NCBI GenBank assembly: GCA_030704615.1
Contig: CM060734.1
Coordinates: 20,026,001 to 20,090,000, forward strand
DNA: 64,000 nucleotides
DNA from: Takakia lepidozioides
Taxonomy: Eukaryota > Plantae > Bryophyta
Direction of reading: 5' to 3'
Shown here: positions 63,154 to 64,000 of the stretch, piece by piece
How positions within the stretch are numbered: the stretch's first letter is position 1
Layout: each line of letters starts with the position of its first letter
Translations under genes and position numbers: made by a program
The notes under the pieces: generated by a model
Seen by the model: only the letters and a program-made list of their open reading frames with translations
The model's database searches: none
What the model was told of the DNA's origin: nothing

Positions 63154-63499
63154 GGTTTGTTTCGCCCTTTACTCTTGGGAATTTTTATAATTAGTGCATC
63201 GAATCCATCACAATCGTTCCCGAAGTAAGAGTAGAGTACTTATCTACATTCCAAGATCTTTGGAATCATTCCAGCTTCAACTATACTGCCATGCACATCT
63301 TTTTGCTTGTATAAGTCATCATACATTTGTGTTGACCTCCCAAGCTTAGCTGCTGCAGGCAACCTCTGAACCTCTAACTTGAGATCCTTTCCCAGCTTGT
63401 AACGTACATGATATTAAATCAAATAGAAGTCAACTGAAATTTGCGAGCTCTTGAAGCAAGTGACGTGACAGGGCTTAGGTTTCGGCTGGGAGCTCGCCG

Positions 63500-64000
63500 T
63501 TCTTGGGAGAGTCAGCTTCGTATTAGCAGGTCGTGTTTCAATCTCTACCCGCTCGGCTCTGATTTTACAGTACGGAGCAGAGCTGGCATGAGTTTCTTGA
63601 AGATCCTTCACGATGGTGGGACAACCGCAATCGCAATGTACGATGTGAAGAAGTTTGTCCATCTTGCAAATGTGGGTTGTTGGCTCCTGTTAGTACCATG
63701 ATTTGGTATTCTTCCTGATGTTTACAAGGTTCTTGGGAGAGTTAGCTTGGTCTTAGCAGGCCGTGTTTCAATCTCTGCCCACTCAGCTGCACCGTGGTGG
63801 TTCTCACTGACCAATCCGACATTACCTAACTACAGACACAAGCAGCACACACAAGAGGTCCTCTTGGGTTCATGGTCAGCCAAACCCTCCATGGGTCATG
63901 ACACAAGGTCGAGGACAATGTGGTGAGGGCACCTTCTTCTTCGACCTATTTCAGCCTGTTTTTCCCTCTCATCAGACTCTGCCCTTCATTTGCAGCACGG
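63500..64000 (+). pseudogene. OSB-type PDF-motif exon-intron repeats, running off the window end
   Basis: ag|TEQSWHEFLEDPSRWWDNRNRN|gt, then NPTLPNYRHKQHTQEVL(W)VHGQPNPPWV, then the next acceptor. Confidence 0.7.

Noticed and set aside
453-64000. Window-spanning terminal inverted repeat element
   Set aside because: The inverted homology is between diverged, circularly permuted copies of a PDF-motif exon repeat, with no TSD or terminus evidence

Overview
Transposon-dense eukaryotic nuclear DNA, most likely from a land plant; PLS-type PPR fragments and the TE spectrum suggest a non-seed plant, but the species cannot be fixed from sequence alone. Only one clearly intact host gene is present: a 4-exon, 361-aa GDP-mannose pyrophosphorylase (VTC1/CYT1-like, 43527-45436, minus strand). 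Nearly everything else is nested, decayed mobile DNA and captured gene pieces. A CACTA-terminated interval (1291-39184, AAA TSD) holds PPR fragments, a rearranged eIF4A pseudogene, TnpD/TnpA remnants, an LTR and a TSD-bounded LINE fragment. Inside it lies the most interesting object: an ~18 kb Mutator-like element (11765-29725; imperfect TIRs, 8-9 bp TSD). It carries a SWIM/DDE transposase divergently paired with a spliced gene encoding a ParB/Srx-like domain fused to a beta-class DNA amino-methyltransferase-like (N4C/N6A) domain, and an intron of that gene holds an array of 22-bp palindromes. The right half has a Ulp1-protease-carrying MULE remnant with orphan ORFs, an L1 split by an inversion, an O-methyltransferase fragment and OSB 'PDF-motif' exon repeats that also occur at the window start. 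All domain calls come from reading motifs by eye; no database search was run.
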